DNA of 63,168 bases, counting the filler, from Platydemus manokwari (lineage: Eukaryota), in assembly GCA_037951405.1 (NCBI GenBank). It is 6 parts of 6 records of this genome, joined end to end, with 100 filler letters (N's around TTAATTAATTAA, not from the genome) between each part and the next. Parts side by side here need not be neighbours in the genome. Positions count along the whole stretch, not along the records: positions 1 to 9,174 come from JBBMOY011287983.1; positions 9,275 to 19,090 come from JBBMOY011201321.1; 4 more parts are not named here. One strand, written 5' to 3'. Shown piece by piece: positions 1 through 12,630 of this stretch. Position 1 is the first letter of the stretch. Each line of letters opens with the position of its first letter. The position numbers and the translations under genes are program-made. The notes below the pieces were generated by a model. It was not told the DNA's origin. It ran no database searches and worked only from the letters and a program-made list of their open reading frames with translations.

Positions 1-80
1 GTATTACCATACGACATTATATGCAAGCAATACTCCCAGCGACATCTTTTATCAAATCGAAATTTTAAGGTTATACATCC

Positions 81-119
<39 letters not shown>
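81..119. repeat. (AAT)13 microsatellite
   Basis: Perfect AAT run read directly from the sequence. Confidence 0.95.
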
Positions 120-1545
120 TTTTTGATATCTGAATGAGAACAATTGCCATTATATATTTGATTTAAACGCTTTACAATTCCAAACGGTAACAAATCAATA
201 TTGTGTAATCAATGCGATAGTTTGGCTTAAAATATTTTATTGGACATTTTCGTGACATGTTTTCCTATATTTGAGACTTCGGAGCCAAGATTGTTGTAAG
301 ATTGATGGATATTTTATCACGTGATTTCACACGGAAACGATTCACCTTATAAGTGAACTGGATGATAAAAGTAACATAGTGGTTGGCTTCAGTAATCAGG
401 TGACAAATTATTGTCAGCGTTAATATTATTATCATTATTATAATCAGTACTTTTATCTTTACATATCAAATCATATAGGAAGTTCAACAATCGATTGAAC
501 CGCCATACTCTGATAGACGATCGATTACATACATTAATAATTTGCTCACTGTTGGATTCGTGTTGTCGAGCATTTTATATAGTTATATTACGACTAATCA
601 ATTTATCGCGAGTACTTAATATGCTTACATTTTGGTTTCATATCTGCTCATCTCTGTCAATTATCGTGAATATTTTTTTTGTTTTAAATATTCGACCAAA
701 ATTATCAATAATAATAAAATATCAGTTTATTTATCAATAATTTCACGGAATAGATAACACGTTGGTGAACCTTGTTTTGTAATTCTATTAGAGAATCCTT
801 TTCCTCATGCCATCTCACAGCTATTGACATCGTTAAATGGAATTATAATAATAACTCGAGATACCATCCATAAATTTTCTGTTGCCATGAAAAGTATAAT
901 CGTATAATTTCATGCCTCACTTAGTTCCGTTATTCCAGTACAGGAAATGGTGACCGTAAATATCATTTGTAGTCAAACAAGTCAAAATATCCCCAATTGT
1001 CCGCAGGCGTTGTGCTACAACCAACAGACCGGAAACATTGGATTTAATAATTCATTGAAGACCCATTTTAAAAGTTCGGTTTTTCGATGTTTTCTTTGTT
1101 GTGTTTATATAACAGTGTTTTATTGAATGACTTTTTCGTAAACATTGTTAGACACTTTAAATGAGGAAATCGATATCAACCTTAATATTTGGCCTGATTT
1201 TTAAGGATATTCAGAATGTTGTTTTTTTAAATTGATGGCCGAAATAAAAGTTTCTCTCATTTGGAATCAATAATTACTGCCCACCAATTTATATATATTT
1301 TTTGTTTTTATACATCCGAAATCAAAAATGATTGGTGCATTGAAAGAAATTCTAAAAGTATTTTAATATTAAAAACTAGTTTCTACAATAGCCATCTTGT
1401 CCTGAATAAGAGAAGAGAAACAATATCAAACGTGCTTTCGATGAATCATGATAAACCAATCAATACATTTTAGTCTACCTATTTAAATTAAACATACTTG
1501 GAATGAGTAATGCCACATTTTTGCTACTCTTGGCATACTGATTTC

Positions 1546-1700
1546 AGCCAATCAAATATTAAATAGTTTATTTATATCATGCCAACAGCACACCCACACT
1601 CGTTCGTATTCACCATTACGCACGCTATTTTTCTTCTCTCTGTTAAGATGACGTCAGTGTGTATATGACCATAGTGACGTGTTACCACTAAACAGCTGTT
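1546..1700 (+). promoter_or_regulatory. Putative proximal promoter of the gene starting at 1837
   Basis: AGCCAATCA (NF-Y-type CCAAT box) 1546-1554, CACACCC near 1590, full CRE TGACGTCA 1649-1656, TGACGT 1675-1680 and E-box CAGCTG near 1693. All lie 140-290 bp upstream of an ATG. Confidence 0.4.
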
Positions 1701-1836
1701 GTATTATCGATTACCTTTAATAGATATGGGAACAATGATATTGTCTACTAGCGATATGAATCAGCAGCCTTATCGAATTTAAAACCATGTTTTATCAGTA
1801 ACATTACTGATTTTGTGACATTGGAATTACAAATCG

Positions 1837-2198
1837 ATGACTAACAAAGCTCTTACAGAAGGTGAATTGAGAAACTGGGTCCTATCTCTACCTCCAGATA
1901 GCATAAAATCTCTAGAAGAAGCCCTTAAGAGTATCAGAGACAATCATTTCAACCCAGCTGAAGTAAGAGTTTATTTTTTACGATTGACATCAAGATGATG
2001 TCATTACAGTGCAATGCTTCTAATTCGAGCCGCGATGGCAAACAATCGATCAAGGACAAATCGGAAGTTGGAGAGGACATTGATGTTTCTCCTCCATCGA
2101 GGACAAACTCGCCAACGTCAAGCAATGCGTCGATACAGAGTCGAAATAAATTTGGAAAAACGTACGAAAATGGGCGAAGAAATCTAAAAGGCGAAGAA
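1837..2198 (+). CDS. 5' exons of an unidentified protein (partial)
   Basis: Exon 1837-1962 (MTNKALTEGELRNWVLSLPP...NPAE) ends at GTAAGA. A 47-nt intron ends TACAG. In-frame exon 2010-2198 is Ser-rich (...NGRRNLKGEE) and ends at GTGAGT. Later exons were not found. Confidence 0.55.
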
Positions 2199-5100
2199 GT
2201 GAGTTTTAGAATATTTCGTTAAACAGTGACGAATGGCTTGGATTCACCGCTAGTTAATTCCACGAAATTACGCTTATTATTGAAAATTTCTAAACAGTAG
2301 AAATTTCAATGTTTTGTGTTAATCTTGTAATCGTCGACAGATTTTTGTGATCACTCTTATCATTAGATTATTTCGTTTGCAAAGAAAATCTACATTTCCG
2401 AAATGTTCTTTACAAAATCTAAGTTCGTTCCATGGATTTTTACCGGGGGATAATCGACATTTTAGAGATTACTTTGAATAATCAGACGTACACTGAATTG
2501 TCGGAATGATTGTGTTCTTTCGCATTCAATTGGAGTTGATTAATTTTCGGAACACCAGCCTACAAGGTCGTCAAAAGGTCATCATTAGGTATAGATGAGG
2601 TCAAAGTGGCCGATGGTCTGGGCCAAATGTTAGGTCAAGTGATTGTAATTTCTAACCCAATGGTACGCATTGAATGAGAATCGAGATCAATCTGATTGTG
2701 CCAAGTGAGTACGCGTCACTGGTCGATCTGGGTGTCTTTTCTGTGATATTGGATAAATATTCGTTCCAATCTATATTTCATTATTAATACCTTTTGGTCT
2801 GCTGGTGTACTTTCTTTTATCAAAATTTAGGTCTCCATATTCCAAGAGAACACATCAAAAACTTGATTAATATTTTTGCCCATCTTAATCGATCGCGACT
2901 TACTTTTTTAATAATTCAATGAATATAAAAAGCTCATCAAATCTTTGAATGTCCAGAAGCCTAGTGATAATTTCAAAGAATATTGGCTGCAACTCGACAT
3001 TCTTAAGCTGAAATCATTCGAACACAAAATACGTGACTTTCTGATTTTCCAAAATGAGATATTTTTTTACGATTAATATATCCCATTTATGATGAGATCA
3101 CGCTGAAATATTTCTTGGATACATTTCATTTAAATCCTCAAAATGTATGATGATTCGAGGATAATGACACCTGATTAGCAGATACTCTAATTTTTCAATG
3201 CCATCATCCAGACAACTGAAATACCGGACAGAAAAATAACCTTTCATAACAATAAGAGTGGCATTTCGGTATTGATTTTCATCAAACGAATACCGATGAA
3301 ATACTGACAGGCGTTGTATGCCATTTGTTTCAAAATTCTTTGAAGTATTTTACACTGATAACATCTGTCGGATAGGAATGATTCGAAGAGATCTCGACTC
3401 AGTAATATCCGTATTTGTGAATGCTCCTTTGTGCACAATTACTTATAGACGACCAGCATCATCTACTTTATTTGCATGACTTGAAATCTCGGGTTTTTTT
3501 CGTCATCTTTAATTATTTTTAATGGAAAACATTAGATATCAATAAATATTTATTCCCTCTTTGTTGATATCACTTTTTATGTTGCCTTGATTTATAGGGT
3601 GCCGCGTGTCCTGGAATATGTTTTGATATTATTCGAGTATTCTCTTATGTGAGAATTGCGGTATCATTAATTCATAATTTATCCATTCACAGTTGTGGAG
3701 CATCGCCTTTTGATTAATTTATTTTAGTGTCGACTGAGACCTTCCTGTCTAAAAATTATCGATTTGATTTCAATGTATATTAATAGAGTTGTATAACGTT
3801 TAAAGAATTTATCTCCACATTGATAAAACCCGACGTAAAGCTTAACTTTTTGTTTATTTCTATTTTTGCTTCAATTCATCATTCGTCAAACTTTCTTTAG
3901 ACTTAAACAAGTTTTCGCCAGGGTTGTGGAGCTCGGAATAGATTTTGTTTGCACTGACTTTGTTTCTTATTTAATAATAAAAACATTGGATTCATTAATT
4001 ATAACCTTTTAGTTTTCAATCATCATTATATTTTAACAGCTACTTATTGAATTTAAATCAATAATTGATTTTGAATGTTTTTATTGATTTTTTCCTTTCC
4101 TCATCAAAACTGTGATTGTGCCAGTGACGAATTCTCTAATTTCATTACTAGCATCTTTACCAAAGATTTCAATTTCTATTTTATACTGATCAATTCAAAA
4201 TCGATATTAATTAATTATAAATTATTGATTTTTATATTTTACTTTGATAATTGATATAAATTTCAAAACGTACAGAATCAATAAAAGAATCGATTTTTAT
4301 AATAAAAGAAAGGGCTTTTGAAAACGATAAATTGTTAATGAAACTGTAAAAAAGTAAAAAAAAATAAGTAAAAAAATTGTTAATAAAGATGTTTATTGGA
4401 ATAATTTCTAATAATTTTTTGGATATTTTCAATGAGAAATGAACAAGTAGGTGAAGGAATTAGTCTTAATATTTTGTTTGGAATTTCTTTCAATTTTATC
4501 TGTCGATATTACATTTAAATAAGACTCTCATTATCAGTTTCACTTAAAAAGTCTCGAGATCATTTGATTTCGCTGATAATTCCAAATTTGAGAATGCCCC
4601 AACCCATTCTAGTTTGGAACTTAATGAAAATATCTCACTTAAATGTTTTTTATTATTTAATTTTAAAGATTTCAATTAAAACAAAATTAAGTAATCGATA
4701 ACTTTTAATTCTTTATTGATAAAAATGAAAAAATTATGGCATAGCCAGGAGTTGATAAAAGCACAATTATGAATCCCCGGTCTTGGTTTATTCTTGTAAT
4801 TTGTTTCCAATTCAATTTTAGAATTAAAACAAGCCCTCATACAGGAACAATGGTTTCCAGTCTAGAAAATTGAAAAAACCAATCAATAGAAATATTAATA
4901 AACCCAAATATATGACATCACTTTAGCGCTTGTTTCCGACTTTCGTTTGAGTAAATATTATAAGTCAAGGGCAGCGATGACATTATCTGATCAAACTACA
5001 CAAAAACCAATTAACATAACGATTATTGTTAATATAGTTATCGATTTTTTTTAATTTTGAAATTTCCAATCATTTCGTCGTATTTGCAACGTACTTCATT

Positions 5101-5601
5101 GCCTGTATTATTTATATTAGTTCGATAAATCTTAGACATTCGATTTGTTCAAATATTCTGATTAACGTGTGTTTTTCGAAATAATAAATTGTTATGGAAT
5201 TGAATAGCATTTTTACTGGAGACCGCACCGAAATAAATGCTTTTACAAGAGCCAAAAGAGAAGGCAGGCAGAAAATTTTGGCTAGCCTGCCCCAAAAAAC
5301 TCAGAAGTTGTTGATTTCAAAGCCGCCGTTCTTCTATATTACTAAAATTGATTTGACCGCCAAATCATATTCCAACATGTCTGAAGAAGAATGAAATGCT
5401 TGAGAAACGACGATTCTGCCAGGTACTTATTCCCGAGAAATGGAGATGTTTCTTTCATTGAAGATCAATTAAAAAAGCCACTTTTGGAATAAAATCTTGA
5501 TTTTAAATCATAGGCTCTAAAGTTATAGTTCACAATATAAATTATCTCATGTTGATTAAATTAGGATCTCATACATCTCACGTAGTGGTTACTATATCTT
5601 T

Positions 5602-5797
5602 ATAATCCTACCCATCATTTCCAGATACGATCTCGAGATTACGGTTCCTCATAATCCTACCTATTAATTCCAGGTACGATCTCGAGATTACGTTCCCTCA
5701 TAATCCTACCTATGATTTCCAGGTACGATCTCGAGATTACGGTCCCTCATAATCCTACCTATGAATTCCAGGTACGATCTCGAGATTACGGTCCCTC
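5602..5797. repeat. Minisatellite, 4 x 49 bp
   Basis: Unit ATAATCCTACCTATGAATTCCAGGTACGATCTCGAGATTACGGTCCCTC starts at 5602, 5651, 5700 and 5749, with few substitutions and no spacers. Confidence 0.95.
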
Positions 5798-8700
5798 ACT
5801 TAAATAATCTCTTTCTTTTTAATACTGACGAATCACCATATATCAAAGAACCTTATGCGATTAGTCGTAAAACATATTACATCCCGTGACTTGGAGATTA
5901 TTCAAACTGAAATGAAAATAATTCATCAACTGGTAGAACTTTCCTCCTTGGGACTAGCGTTAGTGAAGAAAAAATCAATAAAAAAGGAAATGAGCGTACC
6001 TTGAAATATTCTGTCAAATCATTTAAAACATTAAAGAGATTATATGGATTCGCATTTATTTGGTACGACTCGGTTATGTCTAGCGACTGGAATCTCTACC
6101 ACTTGTCTTTGAAATAAAGATCAAAGTTTCATCACTCAGTTCGAACAATTTAACTTGTACCGCATCGAATTTCCTCGATAATTCTTTAAGATCAGAAATG
6201 GGAAATGATTTTCGCATATTTAATAAATCGAAACATTCAATTTCTTTCTAAGAAATCCTCACAAATCTAGAAAATCAACAATCTCACTGCCATTATCGTT
6301 TTACTTAGTTTTACCATCACCATTATTGATAATTAACACTGGAGTGACTCGATTACACTTGTTTTGATACAATTCTGATGTAGAGATTCGTGAAATTTTT
6401 AACAAACACCGATTACGTCAATTAGCATTTCGCTATGCCATTCTAGAATTATTGATTTTATGAATAATTTTATCAATTTTCCAATGAAATCAATTATTTA
6501 TATATAAACGATATTATTTGCCATAAAATTACACGTGTTATTGATTATAAATATAGATTAATTATAAATTAAATTAATATTCAAGTATATAAATGTAAAT
6601 TATATTATTATTTTTATTATATTAGTTCTTTATTTTTAAAATTCGCTCGAAGTAATTCATAAAAATCGGTCTAAAATTTCAAATTGATTTGTTTTTCATC
6701 AAGATATTGAAAAATCGATATATCCCTACCGAAAGCTTTTCTTCATTTGGACAACATTAAATGGAATCTATTGTGATTGTGTAATCGAGAATAATTATGA
6801 TGTAACATCATGAGTTCAGACCTTAGTATGATATTAATGATGAATCCTGAATGATCACACAAATCTTTCAGCTACTTGTTGTAATAACTAAAATCAATAT
6901 AATTTCTGTTTAAGAATTTATGCAAAATTTCCTCTTATATTTTCTCGAAATATTCAAGATTCGTCATCAGAGTTCGAACATTGTTTTTATCATTTTCTAA
7001 ACTTCCAGCATATAGAATATTAATTCCAGCTAGTATTTCTTTTTCAATGATATCATGTACAAAGGAATTTATTTTCTCGTTTTGATAATGTTTTTCATTT
7101 CCACACTGACACGCATATCTAATTCAATCCACAATATTGATAATCTATAATACGTATTGATAATATTGATAATTATGAAATATTTTATCGATACCAAATA
7201 TTTTATGCAGTGCTCGACTGTAGTATCAATTAGTTATTGAAACTTCTTATTATATGAGTTGAGTTTCCTGTTATGTGTCCACTAGGTTCCATTTTTATAT
7301 GATTTTGAAAAAATGTGAGTGGTGAAAATTGCCATAAAGCATACTTGTTGGAATAAAATACGGTGTGATTTTGATAATGAAAATGGGGTTTGTTCGTTGA
7401 AAAATTGACATCAGAAGTGTTTGAAACAATTTATGGAAAAGATATTTTCTAATTAACTCAGCCATAAGCAACAAAAACCTAACGATATTTGATTATTCAT
7501 ATTTAATTATCCAGAAATCAATAAATCGAAGATAAAAATCTCATTTATTTATTTAATATAAAATCAATAAAATCATCTGAAGTAAAGACATGATTTTTGG
7601 GTGATTTGATAAATTTTTATTAATCAGATTTGGAATGTATCATTGGATGGAGGTCTTGAGGAATCCGTCAATTGCACGCACATACATCCATAGCTTCTGT
7701 AACACGGTAGTTTGGTTATGTGTCATCGTGATAAACTTGTGTAGAACTCAATGTTAAAAATGGAGTTACTCTTGGAAAAATGATTCCCTAGCACGGCTGT
7801 TTCAGGAACTTAATTATTGTGTTCTAGACAGAGCGCTTATTTCTCGTCATCTTTTTATATTAATCACGACAATTATAATTTATAATTATATTATAATTAA
7901 TTCTTTTTGGTTTTGTTGGAAATTATGATCCCAATATTTCGGGTGTGGCACACGTTTATTGCAAAAAGTGAAAATAAGATAAATTTCATTAATATTCTGA
8001 TATGCACGTACGTGTAAGTTTGATTGGTTTATTCGTTGGTTTTGGCGGTTAAATTTAAAAAAGTAAAAAAAGTTTTTCCTATTTCGAGCATATTTGTAAA
8101 AGTCGACAGTTATATCAGTGTATTTCACTCTAGGAAAACACGACATGATCGGGCAATATTTGCTTCTTAATAAATTTATTTGTAGTTGATGGCAAAAATC
8201 AAGTCCAATAATAAATTTCAAATTTTTATAAATTACCGTGTTATAATTATATTTATAAGAAAATCATCAATCAATATCCAACAAATTCTCCATTAAAAAA
8301 TTTATAAATCCACAATGCTAGGCCACAATTCTAATGATAGTCATTGGTGAGCCATTCATTAATTTGGATTTAATAATATAATCTATTGTAGACGACAAAA
8401 CAAACACCAGAATATTTATATTTTTATTATATTTTATTAGTCTAATAATTGAATCGTTCTTTAATGCTACTTCAAAGAATAATTTATTGATCTGATAAAA
8501 ATAGCAAACGATTTATTGTCAATAGATTATTTAATATCGATATAAAATTCAATTTTTTATTTCTGAACCCATCAATATATTTCGATAAAATTCTCGATAT
8601 TGAATTCACAAAAAGTGAAAATCGATATTAATTAATTAATAAGTAAAACTTTTTTTGCGTTAGAGTAGTTTTTTTCAAAAAAAGAGAATTGATAAATTTC

Positions 8701-9174
8701 GATTCAATATTTGTTTCAATCCTTTTTTTCAATTATGTCTAAATGTTTTTAAACTATTTTTCATTAATGCGATGGATTTTAAAGAATGAAATCAATCTAT
8801 GGGTGTATTGGATCAATATAGTGTATGTGGAATAGATATTTTCTAATTTAAATTATTGCTAAAAACGGAGATAAGATTATAATTAATAATGGGCTTAAGT
8901 TAAGAAAAAGGGCCTTTTGATCTACTTTCATGGTAATGAATTTTCGCACATGAGATAATTTTATAACTTAACCTTATATATAACTGCGATGTTTGATTTA
9001 TTCGTATAATTCAGTTAATATCTCATTTTTTAAGATGTCTAATAAGGAACAAAACATTGTTTTAAAACCAAGTTCCCATTCTAATCACAACACATCAACA
9101 TGATTATTTGAGTTTTTAAATTTAAATTTTTATAATTATAAATCGAGTTAGTTAATTACAGATATGTTTAATAA

Positions 9175-9274
9175 NNNNNNNNNNNNNNNNNNNNNNNNNN
9201 NNNNNNNNNNNNNNNNNNTTAATTAATTAANNNNNNNNNNNNNNNNNNNNNNNNNNNNNNNNNNNNNNNNNNNN
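9175..9274. other. Artificial contig linker
   Basis: 44 N + TTAATTAATTAA (stops in all six frames) + 44 N. Confidence 0.98.
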
Positions 9275-10743
9275 ATAATTATAAATCGAGTTAGTTAATT
9301 ACAGACATGTTTAATAATATCATTGGTTATTTTTGTAAAATAATTGTAAAAATTTAGAATATCTTTCAATTTGCTTCTAATGTTAAAAAAAAGGGGTCCT
9401 CGCTAATTTTAAATAAATTACAATTCGAGATAGCTTGATTCCTTTTTCAGATAATCAAATTTTAGGAGATTTTGAAGCTCTAGTCTATTTAATATTTGAT
9501 ATCAAACATCTAAAATTCTTCATAAGGGCTGAAATATAAAATTCAAAACGCTTTTAAAGAATATAATTAAATAAACTATATATATTTTTGCAATATACTC
9601 AACCAATTTAAAATTTTATTTTAGAACTCTCTTTTCTTAACTTTTGTCGTATTAATTTTTAAATTTCAAAATATACAATACGTAAAATATCTTTATTAAT
9701 CCTACATATAAGAATTAAAATTAATTAATAGTGATTAGAGAAATGATTGTTTAAGTAAAGTCGAATTTCTAAGACGTTAATCAACTTGAAATTTTAATTT
9801 CCGATTGATCTCAAATTATTAAAACCTAATCGACTATTGTCTCATATTCATGAACAAACAAGAATATTTTTTCCAAGTCAGATTTAAAGATACAAATCGA
9901 TCTATAAAATCACGTGTGTTCACAACATATGTATTTCATTAAATCAGTTTTTCATTTATTATTTTTTATACGAATAAATTTTTTAAAATAATTTTGACAA
10001 ATTGCGTTGTTTTTCGGAGATTTTTTTGTCGAAAAATTATTAAATATTCAATATGGAAATTCTTCACCCGATATCGTTTGTGATTGATTAATCCAGCCCA
10101 AATGAGTTTGCAAATTCTGACTTGTTATGATTGGAAAGTTTCAAGATATCTTAATTAGTTATCGCAAATTTTATCTCGAAATAATTGAAGTAAAATCAAT
10201 AATATACTGATTATATCTCGAAAAATTTCAGCGTAAAAAAACAGGAAACAGAATATATATCCGCTTTCCCTTATATATATATATAAGAATTTTAATATTA
10301 TTTAAAGAGGAGAGTTAAATTTGGTAAACCAGATATATTGGGAAAAAGATATTCAATAAATCACCGATAATATTTGTATGTCTCAACTGATTATTTTGAT
10401 TTGTTTTCAATAAAATAATATCTCTATTTTTTGGGTACTTGGTTTGATATTTTATACTTTGTGAAGGATGATGATTCGGACTTGACAAAACTGATACTAA
10501 CAATTCTTTATTGTCGGATAGACTTTAATGAATCCGAGCTTTCAGGTATAACGTCAGCATTGGCGCTTGATATTATTTTTATACTAGTGCATTTTGTGAT
10601 AAAAATCCTTTGTTTCGAATCAATAAAAATATCACATTCAATTAACCAAGCTATTAATATAGAGAGCTATTTTTGTGCTAAAATATTTTAATTAATTATT
10701 TGTTTTAATTATAATATTCATTATTATCTATAAACGATCTTAC

Positions 10744-11100
10744 TTTATCGGCTTTGTGTTTGGAAAACGTCCGAAAATTATCAAATAAATAGCCAAAGGT
10801 TAATTCTTTATCGTTCATTGGTTCATAGACGATTTTTATGAACAAACACGGAAAATAGCTCGTTTCTTTGGAGCATTTGTTTTCACACTTTTTCGTTGGT
10901 AATTTTCCAATTCTCGCTCCTTCAATATACGTACATGTGGTATTGATGAATTTCTGTTCCGATATATAAGGAATGACAACAAGATAAAGGAGAATGCATT
11001 CAATGATTAATCCGGCAGTGAAAAATGTTGCACTGGCTAAGTAAGTAACTTTGCTGATACCATAATAATTACAAATCTTATCAAACGCTTTGATAGGCAT
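10744..11100 (-). CDS. Calcium-activated (BK) potassium channel beta-subunit-like protein (KCNMB/TipE-related), first coding exon
   Basis: N-terminal TM (FFTAGLIIECILLYLVVIPY), then F-x-N-T-T-C, C-x3-C and the YFPCLFIKIVY motif, resembling KCNMB SQYPCLQVYV. Ends at a GTAAGA donor (10743). The exon with the second TM was not located. Confidence 0.7.
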
Positions 11101-12149
11101 TGTGAATATTTGGATGTATTCGTAATATTTTTCTTACAATATATCAAAGCAGAAAATATCAAGCCGAATTTTGTTGGTATTGTAAAAAATTTTAAGATAG
11201 TCTCTTTGACACACCAACAATGGAAAGCTCTTTACAATTTTTTTCGTACATAGAAAAAGTATTTCCACGTAAATCGACTCAGTCTTTAGATAGTATCAAC
11301 TTGTTTATTTTCTAGCTTGTTTGTGTGTTCGATGAAATTTGCTTGATTCCTTTCCAATAAAATTCTATTGAAATTTGATTGGATCAAGGAAGCCATCTCA
11401 TGTAGATTCGGTTGGAAAAACAAAAGTTATGATTAAAGGATATTTGGATAAATCATTTCAATGATCGTGTATTACAACATCAAACCAAGATAATTTCTCC
11501 TCGACAATTGATGAAATAATTAAATCTCATGTTTTAAATCAATAACATATTTACAATTTTTAATGTTTGGATTCATTAATGATTTGTGAATTTAAAATGA
11601 AACAAGAATTATCGATATTGGCATTGTCCAAAGCATTCTAATTGTCAATGATTTGTGGATATTAAACTTAATCCATTTGGTGATGATTTTTTTGGGAAAA
11701 CTTTTTCAAAATTCGATTAATTATATATGACTCTTATAAATTAATATAAAGAATAGTAATAAAATAATATCATTAAAACCTTCATTATAGTTTTCATTAA
11801 AAAATGATTAAAGTAAAATGCTTAATTGATTTCAACCCTGAAAATAAGAATTTTAGTTTTTATTATTATTATTAGATTACTATTATTATTATTTATGATA
11901 TATATATATGATGGAATTCTATATATGAATTCGGAATTTGGCGACGATTAAGAATAACTCAACAATAATATAACGATTAACTATTTGGTAAATTATTATG
12001 ATCAGTTAGGCTAGATATATGATGACTATTCCACCGAAAATTTGGCTCCTAACAGATTAATGGGTTTGCTTTTAATAACTGTAATATAATAACGATAATA
12101 ATAATAATAACGTGTTTGATTATAGTAAAATAGTTTGATAATAGATTAT

Positions 12150-12630
12150 AATATCAATTATCCAATGTGTGATGCGATATTTTCAAATTTAATAAGTTGT
12201 GGTGTCCTGAAGGTATGATAACACTAAGGTATGAAAACCTAAGAAATATTAGATTTTAATTACACGGCAAATTCGAAATGACTTTATGGAATGGACTGAT
12301 TAATGGTTTACAATGAATTTCCTGTTGTAAATTGATGAAAAGATATGAGATATACTATTGAGAACAATATTTGAAAACAATTCCTTGTTGAATATGATAG
12401 AAAATAATCCGTAGAGATTTGAGTGTCCGAATTGAATGAGAATTATTTCCGTGATGATCTGCGTCCGAGTGCTTGTACTGTAAACTTATTGCGATAGTTT
12501 AACGAAATAATTGTGCTTTCAACACTTGAGTGATTAAGTAGTGCCTTTTTGTCTGAGATTAATTAGTTCGGTCAGCGTAGTGCTGAAAGCTTTTTATAGC
12601 TTCTACTTTGTGGTCGTGATGATTATTTTT
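12150..12630 (-). mobile_element. Decayed Gypsy-type RT-connection/RNase H fragment
   Basis: Frameshifted remnants in pol order: KVEAIKSF, TVQAL, NRKFIVNH. Many stops. Confidence 0.35.

Noticed and set aside
740-1100. Possible hAT dimerisation-domain relic on the minus strand (NLWMVSRVIIIIPF...SCE..KGFS)
   Set aside because: One short, stop-interrupted motif and no TIRs seen. Too weak without a profile search.
4737-4756. PBS-like TGGCATAGCCAGGAGT
   Set aside because: No adjacent LTR end or gag remnant recognised.
5602-5797. CRISPR-like look of the palindromic 49-bp repeats
   Set aside because: Units are contiguous with no unique spacers, there are no cas genes, and the context is eukaryotic.
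2900-7500. Scattered coding-like fragments (3244-3438, 5194-5394, 6000-6250, 6900-7110) as missing KCNMB exons or transposase
   Set aside because: All hit stops and none gives the expected Cys motif plus second TM. Family not assignable.
12451-12556. C/D-box snoRNA-like GTGATGA...CTGA
   Set aside because: No terminal stem or recognisable guide, and it overlaps a probable Gypsy relic.
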